From: Candidatus Dormiibacterota bacterium
GTDB lineage: Bacteria > Chloroflexota > Dormibacteria > Aeolococcales > Bog-877
Assembly: GCA_027313505.1 (NCBI GenBank)
Contig: DAHVDN010000011.1
Location: 2,131-66,130 of the forward strand
DNA: 64,000 nt
Direction: 5' to 3'
In this document: piece after piece, positions 1-8,774 of the stretch
Numbering within the stretch: the first letter of the stretch is position 1
Layout: the number at the start of each line of letters is the position of its first letter
Translations under genes and position numbers: made by a program
The notes under the pieces: model-generated
The model's input: the letters and a program-made list of their open reading frames with translations, nothing else
What the model was told of the DNA's origin: nothing
Database searches by the model: none

Positions 1-200
1 GGAGTGACCTCAGTCCCCGGCTTGGCGTTCGCAAACGCCGCTGCGGTTGGGAAGTAAATGTCCTGCTGAGCCAGTTGGTTGTGCACCTGGGTCTGAGTGA
101 AAACCGCTCCCCACATCAGCAGTGCACCCGCGACCAGAAGCATCACGGTCAGGATGGCCCCTCCCGCTGTGAGGATGCCGTCGAAGGTCTTGCGTCTCAT
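1..200 (-). CDS. hypothetical membrane-anchored protein (N-terminal part; gene runs off the window start)
   Basis: Absent from the ORF track because there is no stop in the window. ATG at 200-198 with GGGAGG (revcomp of 208-213) 7 nt upstream. Translation is MRRKTFDGILTAGGAILTVMLLVAGALLMWGAVFTQTQVHNQLAQQDIYFPTAAAF..., a basic N-terminus plus one TM helix, with GC-rich third positions. Confidence 0.5.
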   Translation of the reverse strand, partial: MRRKTFDGILTAGGAILTVMLLVAGALLMWGAVFTQTQVHNQLAQQDIYFPTAAAFANAKPGTEVT

Positions 201-437
201 GTCTGTGCCTCCCGCTTGTCCGGACCTGCACCGAACCGGTTCGGCGTTGCCGTCAACTGGGCCTCGCTAAATCGCTCGGCCTTGGCTGGCGGATCCAATG
301 CATCCATGCTCCGGGCCATGAGGGGACAGCAGAAACGGTGAAAACGCCAGACCGAGTGCGGGTGGAATCACCGACCACCTGGCGACGGACCCACCTTCCT
401 CCCCGAGCTTGGATCAGTCGAGCTAGGGTCGCAGCGC

Positions 438-650
438 TCAGCCCGCCCGAAGGCCCCTCAGCAGACTCGCCACCAGCAAAGCGATGATCGCCAAGGGGAC
501 CGCGACCACTGCAGCTGTCTGCGCGGTCCTGGCCAGCAGCCAACCAGCGAGCACGATCAGAGCGACGCCGGCGGCAACCTCGGGAGTATCGCCGACGATA
601 AATTCCCACCAGAAGCGTCCAAAGACCCTCAACCAGCGCCCCAATCTCAT
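438..650 (-). CDS. small membrane protein (about 70 aa, 2 TM), hypothetical
   Basis: Internal ATG of ORF 438..767 at 650 overlaps the stop of the upstream gene (ATGA at 647-650). Product is MRLGRWLRVFGRFWWEFIVGD...LLVASLLRGLRAG with two hydrophobic helices. The longer N-terminal extension in the track is Arg/Gly-rich and lies inside the upstream gene. Confidence 0.5.
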   Translation of the reverse strand: MRLGRWLRVFGRFWWEFIVGDTPEVAAGVALIVLAGWLLARTAQTAAVVAVPLAIIALLVASLLRGLRAG

Positions 651-1399
651 GCCGCTTCCGCGATCCCCAACTGCCGACGACTGCGGGTGAGCAAACTCAC
701 CAGTGCCCAAGTTGTCACGCCGTATAACACCAGCAGCCCCGGAAGGGCCAGGTCGGCGCCGGGCCATCGCAGACCGGCCCCCTCACCACCCCAGAAGGTG
801 CCGAAGGTGACCAGCATGAGTCCGACGCCCATCTTCATGGCATTCTCGGGCACCTCGCTGAGTTGCCGCGCGACGACCACGCCCACTGCGCCCACCACTA
901 GCACGGCAGCGCCGGCAGACACGGTGGCGAGCCCCAACTGCCCCGAGCTGAGCCCGAGGGTGAGCACGATCATCACCACCTCCATTCCCTCGAGGAAGAC
1001 TCCCTTGAAGCTGATCACGAAACCGGTGGCGTCCCTTCCGGACCCGGAGCGGCTCACCCCCTTTAGGCGGTCAACCTCTCTGCGGTAGATCGCATCCTCG
1101 TCGTGTTTGGCCTTGTAACCGCTGGCTCTGAGAACCGCCTTTCGGAGCCACTGCAGGCCGAGCACCAGCAGCAGGCTGCCCACCACCAGGCGAAGGACAT
1201 TCAGTGGAACGTAGTGGATGAGGGCCGGTCCGAGGGCGGCGACCAGGACCGCCAGGCAGAGAACCGCCACGGCGCTTCCCTCCAGCGCCGACCGCCACCC
1301 TCGCGTGAAGCCGGAGGCCATGACGATGGTGAGAGCTTCAACCATCTCGACCGCAGAGGCGCCGAAGACCGCGAGCGCCACCAGAACAGTTCCCGTCAC
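647..1399 (-). CDS. polytopic membrane protein with internal two-fold repeat and paired ExxE motifs (putative cation transporter)
   Basis: 250 aa with about 6 TM helices. The two halves align (FGASAVEMVEALTIVMASG vs FKGVFLEGMEVVMIVLTLG). A 4-nt overlap joins it to the upstream ABC ATPase (1396-1399). Confidence 0.6.
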   Translation of the reverse strand: MTGTVLVALAVFGASAVEMVEALTIVMASGFTRGWRSALEGSAVAVLCLAVLVAALGPALIHYVPLNVLRLVVGSLLLVLGLQWLRKAVLRASGYKAKHDEDAIYRREVDRLKGVSRSGSGRDATGFVISFKGVFLEGMEVVMIVLTLGLSSGQLGLATVSAGAAVLVVGAVGVVVARQLSEVPENAMKMGVGLMLVTFGTFWGGEGAGLRWPGADLALPGLLVLYGVTTWALVSLLTRSRRQLGIAEAA

Positions 1400-2613
1400 A
1401 GCGGAGCCTCCAGGCTGGGCCCAATGGCGACCGGCCCGGATGCACTCGCCTCCAATGCCGGCGGAACTGGAGCGCTGGCGGACTTCAGCCGGAGTTCCGC
1501 TCCCAGCTCTGCCTCAAGTGGAAATGCCAGACACCCGGATGGGTCCACGGAAATCGCCACGTTGGCGCCTCTCGAGTTACGGGTCGTCGACCTGACTCCA
1601 ACCAGCCGCTGACCTTCCGCCATCTCCACCACATGATCGTAAGCCCCAGCCCGGAACGAGACATCTCGGACGACTCCGAAGAGCACCTGGTCCACCTGGT
1701 GAGATGAGCATATGGAGAGTGAGTCCGGCCTCAGGAGGAGGGAGACCGAGCTCTGCGGCTCGGGAGGCCGGATGGCGGTCGCCACAAGCTCCGCCGTGCT
1801 GGTTCGAACTTTGAATCGGCCACCTCCGGCGGGGCCCAGAACCTGGCCGACGAGCCTGCCGGAGAGCCCGGTGAAGTGGGCGACGAATGGGTCGGCCGGC
1901 CGCCAGTACACCTCCTCGGGTGGGGCGAGCTGCAGGATGCGGCCACCGTCGATCACCGCCAGCTGATCAGCCAGGGCGAACGCCTCCTCCTGATCGTGAG
2001 TGATATAGATCACCGTCGCCCCGCTGTCCCGGGAGAGGGTCGCGATCTCCACCCGGACCTGTTCTCTGAGGTGGGCGTCAAGGTTGGAGAGGGGTTCGTC
2101 GCACAACAGCAGCGGCGTGTCGGCTACCAACGCGCGCGCCAGGGCAACCCTCTGCTGTTGGCCCCCTGAGAGCCGGGTTGGGTACTGCTCGGAAAGCTCG
2201 GCGATCCCAACCCTGTCCAACATGTGCACGGCTCGGCGACGGCGCTCCCCAGAGTTGACCGGCAGCCGACGCAGGGCGAACGCCACGTTGGCGGCCGCGG
2301 TCATGTGAGGCCATAGGGCGTAGTCCTGAAACACCATGGAGAGCTTGCGACGGTCGGGGGGCATGTGCACGCGCGAGTTGGCAACTACCTGGGAGTCGAT
2401 CCTCAACTCACCCCCGGTTAACCTCTCCGTACCCGCAATGCAGCGCAGAAGCGTGGTCTTGCCGGAGCCTGACGGACCCAATAGGACGACGAAGGACGAG
2501 CTCTCCACCACCAGATCGAGATCATTCAAAACCGAGTTGTGCTGGTACGTCTTGCTCAGGCCGACGGCCTCGACGACTGAGCCGCGAACGGCGCCGGTGC
2601 TGATTCCACTCAT
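1396..2613 (-). CDS. ABC transporter ATP-binding protein (FbpC/PotA-like, with C-terminal TOBE-like extension)
   Basis: Walker A LLGPSGSGKTT, signature LSGGQQQRVALARAL, Walker B LLLCDEPLSNLD. The ATG at 2613 overlaps the permease stop (ATGA at 2610-2613), so I prefer it to the track start at 2637. Confidence 0.9.
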   Translation of the reverse strand: MSGISTGAVRGSVVEAVGLSKTYQHNSVLNDLDLVVESSSFVVLLGPSGSGKTTLLRCIAGTERLTGGELRIDSQVVANSRVHMPPDRRKLSMVFQDYALWPHMTAAANVAFALRRLPVNSGERRRRAVHMLDRVGIAELSEQYPTRLSGGQQQRVALARALVADTPLLLCDEPLSNLDAHLREQVRVEIATLSRDSGATVIYITHDQEEAFALADQLAVIDGGRILQLAPPEEVYWRPADPFVAHFTGLSGRLVGQVLGPAGGGRFKVRTSTAELVATAIRPPEPQSSVSLLLRPDSLSICSSHQVDQVLFGVVRDVSFRAGAYDHVVEMAEGQRLVGVRSTTRNSRGANVAISVDPSGCLAFPLEAELGAELRLKSASAPVPPALEASASGPVAIGPSLEAPL

Positions 2614-4391
2614 CGGAGCGATCCCACCTGCCGCCATCCGGCTGGAGTGAGATAGCGATAGAGGAGCATCACTGCGCCCACCACGGCCAACGCGAAAGCG
2701 ACGGCGACCACCGACATCGCCGTTCCCGGACCGTAGAAGTCCAACCCCAGAGCACGGGTTATCGCGACCGAGAGAGTGGGGCTGCCCGGCGGATAGAGGA
2801 GCTGGGAGACCGGCAACTCAAACATGACTCCGGTGAAGGTGAGCATCCAGGCCCAGAGCAAGCTGCGGCTGACAACCGGTACCAGGGCGTGACGCACCGC
2901 CCCGACCGCGCCCGCCCCATGAACTCGGGCAGCGGCGACCGGGGCCCGGTCCACCTGTGCGACAGGCCCTACCAGGACCCGAGCGGCCGTGGGTAGGGCT
3001 CCGGCGAAGTACGCCATGCCCAAGAGGGCGGTGGTGCCGTAGAGCCGGATACCGATGGTATTGAGCAGGGGTAGGTTGTAGACAAATATGTAACCGGCCC
3101 CCAATACGATCCCGGGCAGCGCCACTGTGCCCAAAAGCAGCAGGTCCACGACCTTGGCAATGGCGCCTCCGCCACTCTTGGTGAGGTACATGGCGACCGG
3201 CACCGCGATGAGCGCCACCAGAGTGGCGACAATTGCCCCAATCTCGGCCGAGTAAAGCAGCGGAGTCACCAACGAGGAATCCGACAGCAGCGCCTGATAG
3301 TAGCCAAGCGTCAGGCCGGTGATTGCGAAACCGTGAGTTGCAGGCCGAAGCAGAGAGCCCGCCACGGCGCCCAGGGCCGGAACTCCTAAGGAGAGTAGGA
3401 AGTACCCCACGACCAGTGTCAGGCCGATTCCCTGGCCGATGGGACCGAGCCTCACTCTCGATGGTGTCCGCGTTCGGCCACTCAAGGTTCCATAGAGGCG
3501 ACCACGAAGCGCGCGCGACTGCAGAAAGAGGGCTACCCCCACTGCGGCTATCAAAAGCCAGCCCACCGCAGCTGCCACTGGAAACTGGCTCGGGAAGTTG
3601 TCAACGGCCCCGAACAGGGTGTACGTCGCCAGCTGGAACTTGCTGGAAGCCGCCAGGGTGTAGGCCACCCCGAAGTCGCTTATGGTCTCTGCGAAAACCA
3701 CAGCCAGTGCCGACCATACTGCGGGTGCGATCATCGGCAAGAGCACCCTCCACGCCCCCCAACGGGAGGCGCCATGGATCCGGGCGGCGTCCTCGAACTC
3801 GCCACCCAGTGCCAGCATGGCAAGGGAGGTTGCCAGGTAGGCGAAGGGTACTCCCTTCAAAATGTAGATGAAGACCACCCCGACTGGGCCGAAGAAGGTC
3901 GCGGTCAACCAGGGCAGCCGCAGTCCCATCTCCCAAAACGCCCCGTGATTGGCGAGTAGCTGCTCCCATCCCAGGGCGACAAGGTAGGACGGCGCGAGCA
4001 GAACGGCCCAGACGAGAAGGGGCCAGAACCGCCTGCCAAGGAGGGTTGACCTGGAGGTGAACCAGGCCAGGGCAAGGCCCAGAGTCAACGACCCCACGGC
4101 CGCGATGGCGCTCACCGCCACGGAGTTTGCGAGCCCCTGGACGGCTCCGCCCTGAATCGCACTGGCAAAGCCAGATGTGGTGAACCAGGCGGTGCCCTGA
4201 TCAAAGAGCCGCGGCGAGAACGCCACCACCAGGAACAGTCCGACCGGTAAACCCAGGGTGGCGACCAAGACGGCTCCCACCACGAGGCCGGGGGCTGTGG
4301 TCAACAGCCCCCGGCGCGGTAGGGTCCAACGGTGTGCCCGCGTGACGGTGGCCACAGGGTCAGGCGACGATGTTGTTCGAGAACCACTCAT
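2610..4391 (-). CDS. ABC transporter permease, fused two-domain (FbpB/ThiP-type)
   Basis: 593 aa and highly hydrophobic, with two repeated permease halves (about 12 TM), as in iron(III)/thiamine-type importers. Lies between the SBP and ATPase genes. An alternative GTG start exists at 4355. Confidence 0.85.
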   Translation of the reverse strand: MSGSRTTSSPDPVATVTRAHRWTLPRRGLLTTAPGLVVGAVLVATLGLPVGLFLVVAFSPRLFDQGTAWFTTSGFASAIQGGAVQGLANSVAVSAIAAVGSLTLGLALAWFTSRSTLLGRRFWPLLVWAVLLAPSYLVALGWEQLLANHGAFWEMGLRLPWLTATFFGPVGVVFIYILKGVPFAYLATSLAMLALGGEFEDAARIHGASRWGAWRVLLPMIAPAVWSALAVVFAETISDFGVAYTLAASSKFQLATYTLFGAVDNFPSQFPVAAAVGWLLIAAVGVALFLQSRALRGRLYGTLSGRTRTPSRVRLGPIGQGIGLTLVVGYFLLSLGVPALGAVAGSLLRPATHGFAITGLTLGYYQALLSDSSLVTPLLYSAEIGAIVATLVALIAVPVAMYLTKSGGGAIAKVVDLLLLGTVALPGIVLGAGYIFVYNLPLLNTIGIRLYGTTALLGMAYFAGALPTAARVLVGPVAQVDRAPVAAARVHGAGAVGAVRHALVPVVSRSLLWAWMLTFTGVMFELPVSQLLYPPGSPTLSVAITRALGLDFYGPGTAMSVVAVAFALAVVGAVMLLYRYLTPAGWRQVGSLR

Positions 4392-5421
4392 CGACGGACG
4401 CCTCGCGCGGGCCCCAGGTGTAGGCGTTCAGCACCTGGTATGGAATCGAGCTGAAGGGCGGTACCGACGAGAGCTGCGGGTATCCCTTGACTACCGGCCA
4501 GAAGAGAGAGTCCCCGTGCGGGTCCCCGATCAGCCGCTGGTGCTGGCCAGCGGAGGAGAAGACAAAGTTCACAAACTCCTCGGCCTCCACCTGCTCCTGC
4601 TTGGGTGCCTTCCCATCAATCCCGATGACAGAGGGCAGCAGGGTGACCGGGTTCAGGTAGGCGAGCTTGAGGTTGGGATCCTGGAAGGCGGCGCCCAAGC
4701 CCGCAGAGTTCTGGACCAGCGCCAGCTTGATCTGCCCCTGGATCAAGGCCGCCAGCGTGGGCTTGTTGGTGGGGAAAATCTTGAGACCGTTGTTCTTCAG
4801 CTGTTGGAAGTACGACTCCCCCTGCCCGACTCCCCCCAGGTACTGCATCATCCCCGCCACGAAGGGGTAGGTCGGACCGGACACCGCGGGATTGTTCATC
4901 CCAACGGCGTTCTGCCACTGCGGCTGCAGCAGCTGAAGCCAGTTGGTGGGCGGGGTTGAGACCACCTGGCTGTTGTAAACGACCGCCGGCATTGCCGTGA
5001 ACCCGGTGGGTACGTAGCTGTGGTCCGGAGGAATAACCCTGAGCGCGGCCGCGGTCCAAGACACCTTGGGCTCAAACCCGCGGACCAGGTAGTGCTGCTT
5101 GTCGAGAGCCGCGAATGCCTCATCTCCGTCGACCCAGAGCAGCCCCCACTGCGGGTTGTTGATCTGGGCTTGAATGCGTGCCAGCAGGGGCCCGGTTGAG
5201 TCATCGACCAACTGCGTTGGAATCCCGGTCTTCGCCTGAAACGCCGCCACCGTGTTGGCGTCGTAACCCTCAGCCGCATAAACCACCAGCGGCACCTTCT
5301 TGGCGCCGGACTGCGTGGCGGCAGCGCCGCAGCCGGTCAGTGCAACCGCGGTACCGACTAACACGGCGGCGGCGGCCGCGAGTCGGCGACGAGGTTGGCG
5401 CAGCCCCAGTCGAATGTTCAT
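4360..5421 (-). CDS. ABC transporter substrate-binding lipoprotein (Fe3+/thiamine/2-AEP-type cluster)
   Basis: Lipobox LTGCG after a basic signal peptide. 353 aa periplasmic-binding fold of the FbpA/ThiB-like class (VVYAAEGYD..., WGLLWVDGDEAF). First gene of the operon. The substrate is not determinable from sequence alone. Confidence 0.8.
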   Translation of the reverse strand: MNIRLGLRQPRRRLAAAAAVLVGTAVALTGCGAAATQSGAKKVPLVVYAAEGYDANTVAAFQAKTGIPTQLVDDSTGPLLARIQAQINNPQWGLLWVDGDEAFAALDKQHYLVRGFEPKVSWTAAALRVIPPDHSYVPTGFTAMPAVVYNSQVVSTPPTNWLQLLQPQWQNAVGMNNPAVSGPTYPFVAGMMQYLGGVGQGESYFQQLKNNGLKIFPTNKPTLAALIQGQIKLALVQNSAGLGAAFQDPNLKLAYLNPVTLLPSVIGIDGKAPKQEQVEAEEFVNFVFSSAGQHQRLIGDPHGDSLFWPVVKGYPQLSSVPPFSSIPYQVLNAYTWGPREASVDEWFSNNIVA

Positions 5422-5618
5422 CCGTCCCTCCCAGGTTTTGCATTACCGAGCTGCGGTGAAGCCGCCATGCGCCGCTCCAGCAGCAAACTGCGCCAAGGCT
5501 ATAGGGGCGTTTCTAAGCTCCGGTTATCAAAGAGAGAAGGAGAGGTTAAGAGCCTTAGAGTTAGTCGGCGACCCCCCCGCGAATGGTCGAGAGAGCCGAC
5601 CGGCTGAACCGGTGAGGG

Positions 5619-6467
5619 TCAGCTCGGCAGCTGAGCTGCGTATCTTGCGGCGCGCCGCGCCACCAGACGGCCCAAGCCGATGAGGGCCAACAGCATCACC
5701 AGGATGAGCAGGCCCGCAGCACCGGCCACCTCATGTTCCAGCTTTGTCGGGAGGGTGGCATTGAGATAGACCACATAGGTCAGATATCCGATAGGGTGCT
5801 GGAAGAGACTCAGGGTGGGATCCTGGCTGGTGAAGCCCACCGTGTACAGCAGGGGCGCGGTCTCCCCCACCGCGATTGCCAGCGCCACCACGACCCCTGA
5901 AGCGATGGCCGGGATGGCCGGCGGCAGCAGCGCGCGTCGCAGGGTGGTGATGCGCGGTAGCCCCAGAGCCACAGCCGCATCTCTCAAAGTTGCCGGCACC
6001 TGGAGCAGCGCCACCTCTGTGGTCTTGACCACGTAAGGCAGCACGATGGCCGACAGGGCGAGGATGGCGGCTAGCAGCGAGAAGCCCCAGTGCAGTTCCT
6101 GAGCGAGGACGATATAACCGACAAATCCGATGATTATGGAGGGAATGCCAGCCAGAGTTTCATAGCCCAGGCGCAGGATTCCAGCCCTGGTCGGGGGCGC
6201 GAACTCCGCCAGGTATATTCCCCCGGCGATCCCGATCGGTCCGGCCACTACCAGAATGCCAGCCATCAACAAAAGGCTGCCCAGGATCGCGTTCTGGAGC
6301 CCGTTGGTGGCAGTGGTGTTGGTGAACAAGTTGATGTTCAACGCCGGCCAGGACTGCTGCAAGAGGCTGGCGATTATCGCCAGTGAGGGAGCGATGACGA
6401 GCGCCAACGCCAGCAGACATAGCCCCCAGAACAGCATGTCTCGCCCGCGGCGCAGAAGGTCGCGCAC
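5619..6467 (-). CDS. pstA: phosphate ABC transporter permease PstA
   Basis: Hydrophobic core ...LLQQSWPALNINLFTNTTATNGLQNAILGS...AVALGLPRITTLRRALLP... is typical of PstA. The GTG at 6467 sits directly after the pstC stop (6470-6472). The 95-aa His/Arg/Gly-rich N-terminal extension in the track overlaps pstC and is rejected. Confidence 0.9.
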   Translation of the reverse strand: MRDLLRRGRDMLFWGLCLLALALVIAPSLAIIASLLQQSWPALNINLFTNTTATNGLQNAILGSLLLMAGILVVAGPIGIAGGIYLAEFAPPTRAGILRLGYETLAGIPSIIIGFVGYIVLAQELHWGFSLLAAILALSAIVLPYVVKTTEVALLQVPATLRDAAVALGLPRITTLRRALLPPAIPAIASGVVVALAIAVGETAPLLYTVGFTSQDPTLSLFQHPIGYLTYVVYLNATLPTKLEHEVAGAAGLLILVMLLALIGLGRLVARRAARYAAQLPS

Positions 6468-6469
6468 CG

Positions 6470-7549
6470 CTAGACCCCGCGCCCCACGGGGAGGACGACC
6501 CCATGGCTGACTCGGCGAATGATTAGCCGCCCCAATAGGTTGGTGACCAGGGTGATGACCAAGAGGATGACCCCGATGGCCGCCAGCGCATGAATGGCCA
6601 TGCCGGTGGCGTCGGTGAGGGCGGAGTCGAGCATTGCCACGATGGTCGCCGCGATCGTTGAGAAGGGGGAGTAGATGTTGGCGGGGAAGCCGTTGAGGAG
6701 GTCGCCGCTGATCATCAGCACCGCCATCGTCTCCCCCAGCGCCCGAGCCCACCCCAGAATCGCCGCAGCGAGGATTCCGCGCCTGACGTAGGGGAGGGTT
6801 ACCACCTTGGCCGTCTCGTACTGGGTCATCCCCAGCGCCAGAGCCCCCTCCTTGGCGAGAATGGGCACGGTGCGCACCAGCTCCCTGGTGGTGGCGGCGA
6901 TGATGGGGATGATCATGATCGCCAGCACCAGCGACGCGGTCAGCAAACCCTCGCCGTAGCCCACGCTGCCCTTGAAGAATGGAAGCACCCCCCCGAGATG
7001 GGTGAGGACCGGGAACAGGTGCTGGGCCAGGATGGGGCCGAAGACCAGGATTCCCCAGAAGCCATATACGACGCTGGGCATGCCCGCCAACAGCTCAAGG
7101 AAAACCGAAACCCCGGGCTGAAGTCGAGCAGGAACCCGCTCGGTCAGCGCCAAGACCGCACCGACGGCCACGGGGACGGCGACGATCAGGGCGATCAACG
7201 AGGAGACCAGCGTGCCAAAGATGAAGGGAAGCGCCCCGTAGGCGGCACCGTGCGGAGCTGAGACGCCGTTGTGGACTGTGAGTTTGGTCACATAGAGATT
7301 GCCGAAGGTGAACACATGCCCGGTGAAGAGTCCCCAACCGCTGTAGACGAAGGCGGGGATTGCCTCCCGCACCATCTCTGCGGTAAGGAACAGGAGCATC
7401 AAGGTCGGTACCAGCCCGGCCCCGAGTAGGACCCAGCGCACCGCGCGGTCTCGCCCCGTCAGGTCTGCTCCTGCCAACCTGCGGGCGGACGGTAGAAAGG
7501 TGGGACCGGCGCTGTCGCCGGCCCCACCTGCGGTGAGGTTGAATCTCAT
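6470..7549 (-). CDS. pstC: phosphate ABC transporter permease PstC
   Basis: 359 aa polytopic permease with an EAA-like loop (ALALGMTQYETAKVVTLPYVRRGILAA). Positioned between pstS and pstA. Confidence 0.9.
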   Translation of the reverse strand: MRFNLTAGGAGDSAGPTFLPSARRLAGADLTGRDRAVRWVLLGAGLVPTLMLLFLTAEMVREAIPAFVYSGWGLFTGHVFTFGNLYVTKLTVHNGVSAPHGAAYGALPFIFGTLVSSLIALIVAVPVAVGAVLALTERVPARLQPGVSVFLELLAGMPSVVYGFWGILVFGPILAQHLFPVLTHLGGVLPFFKGSVGYGEGLLTASLVLAIMIIPIIAATTRELVRTVPILAKEGALALGMTQYETAKVVTLPYVRRGILAAAILGWARALGETMAVLMISGDLLNGFPANIYSPFSTIAATIVAMLDSALTDATGMAIHALAAIGVILLVITLVTNLLGRLIIRRVSHGVVLPVGRGV

Positions 7550-7572
7550 CGCTTGAGTGCTTCTCTGGCCCC

Positions 7573-8712
7573 CTACCCGGTGATCTTGTTAATCGCAGCT
7601 TCAACCTTGGGGATGACGCTGGTGGGGAGGGCGACAAAGTTCACCGCCGAAAGATTGCCTCCGGTGGCCCCCCCGGTCGGGCTGATGGCCCAATCGAGGA
7701 AGGTTCGGATGGCCTCGGCTGTGGCCGTGCTCGACTGTGTCTGGTTGATCATGAGGTACTCGAAGTTGATGATCGGGTAGGAGTTGGACCCCGAGCTGTA
7801 GATCAGCGACTGGCGCAGGTTGGAGGGGGTATTGCCGGATGAGGCAGTCACCGCCGAGGTGATGGTGGAGAGGTCCGGCACCAAGTAGTTGCCGGCCTTG
7901 TTCTGCAGGAGCGCCTCCTGCAATCCATCCTCGAGGGCGGTGTTCTCCACGCTGACACCGATGTAGGCGATGCAACCCGGATTGGCCTTGCAGACCTGAA
8001 TCATCCCCGGATTGCCGTTGGCCGTGAGCTCGCTGGAGACCGCGGGCCATGTCACCGAGGTCCCGAATGCGGGCCCGTTGGACCAGGCACTGTTGGTCTT
8101 GGTGAGCAAGCTGGTGAAGATGAATGTGTCCCCGGAGGAATCCACCCGGCGCACCGGCACAATTTTCAGCGCGGGCAGTGTGATTCCAGGGTTTATGGCC
8201 GCGATCTGAGGGTCATTCCATTCGGTGATCTTGCCCTCGTAGATCTGGGCCAGGATGTTGCCGGAAATCTTAAGGTTGGCAGGGGCTCCCGGCACGTTGT
8301 AGTCGACCGCCTGGGCCGAGATCGCGATGGGGATGTTCAGCAGGTTGGGATTGGCGCTCGCCTGAGCGTCCGATAGGTAGGCATCAGAGCCGCCCATCTG
8401 AACCAGCCCGGAGATCGCCTCGCTGATTCCAAGCCCCGAGCCACCCGGCCCAGGGGCCAGAGTGATGTTCGAGTATGCGGTGTGGAACTGTGGGGCTAAC
8501 ACCTGCAGGTAGGGGTAGATGAGGGTTGAGCCCGCCTCGTTGAGGGTGACCGGCGAGCTGGGATTGCCCGTCGCCGAGGCAGCCGGTTTGGTCGAATGCT
8601 TGTGGTTTGTCGGCGTGGTCGCAGCACCGCAGGCGCTGAGTACCACAGCACACAATCCGACCGCCACTGGGGCCAGTCGTAGTCGGTTAGATCCGAGAAG
8701 TCGAGGGCGCAT
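7573..8712 (-). CDS. pstS: phosphate-binding lipoprotein PstS
   Basis: Signal peptide with lipobox LSACG. Contains PstS-like motifs (GSTLIYPY, GGSGLGISE, SDAYLS). Confidence 0.9.
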   Translation of the reverse strand: MRPRLLGSNRLRLAPVAVGLCAVVLSACGAATTPTNHKHSTKPAASATGNPSSPVTLNEAGSTLIYPYLQVLAPQFHTAYSNITLAPGPGGSGLGISEAISGLVQMGGSDAYLSDAQASANPNLLNIPIAISAQAVDYNVPGAPANLKISGNILAQIYEGKITEWNDPQIAAINPGITLPALKIVPVRRVDSSGDTFIFTSLLTKTNSAWSNGPAFGTSVTWPAVSSELTANGNPGMIQVCKANPGCIAYIGVSVENTALEDGLQEALLQNKAGNYLVPDLSTITSAVTASSGNTPSNLRQSLIYSSGSNSYPIINFEYLMINQTQSSTATAEAIRTFLDWAISPTGGATGGNLSAVNFVALPTSVIPKVEAAINKITG

Positions 8713-8774
8713 TGAATCCTCCCATGAATGAACGGGTCTTGGCCGCGAGCCTTGAAGGGGCGTCCCCCTAGCGG

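Noticed and set aside
231-244. LexA/Cheo-box interpretation of the CGAAC...GTTCG palindromes (also 40641-40652)
   Set aside because: Gram-positive and actinobacterial SOS boxes have CGAAC-N4-GTTCG spacing. Here the spacers are 2 and 1 nt, and the neighbouring genes are not SOS genes.
5422-5618. Possible TPP (or other) riboswitch upstream of the ThiB/FbpA-type binding protein gene
   Set aside because: I looked for the conserved CUGAGA and ACCUGAUCUGGAUAAUGCCAGCG-type cores on the sense strand. Only scattered fragments (GGTAATGC, CCTGGGAGGGA) turned up, in the wrong order. A covariance-model scan would be needed to revive this idea.
6468-6752. 95-aa N-terminal extension of pstA in the ORF track
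   Set aside because: His/Arg/Gly-rich and lies completely inside pstC in another frame. A GTG directly after the pstC stop gives a normal PstA N-terminus.
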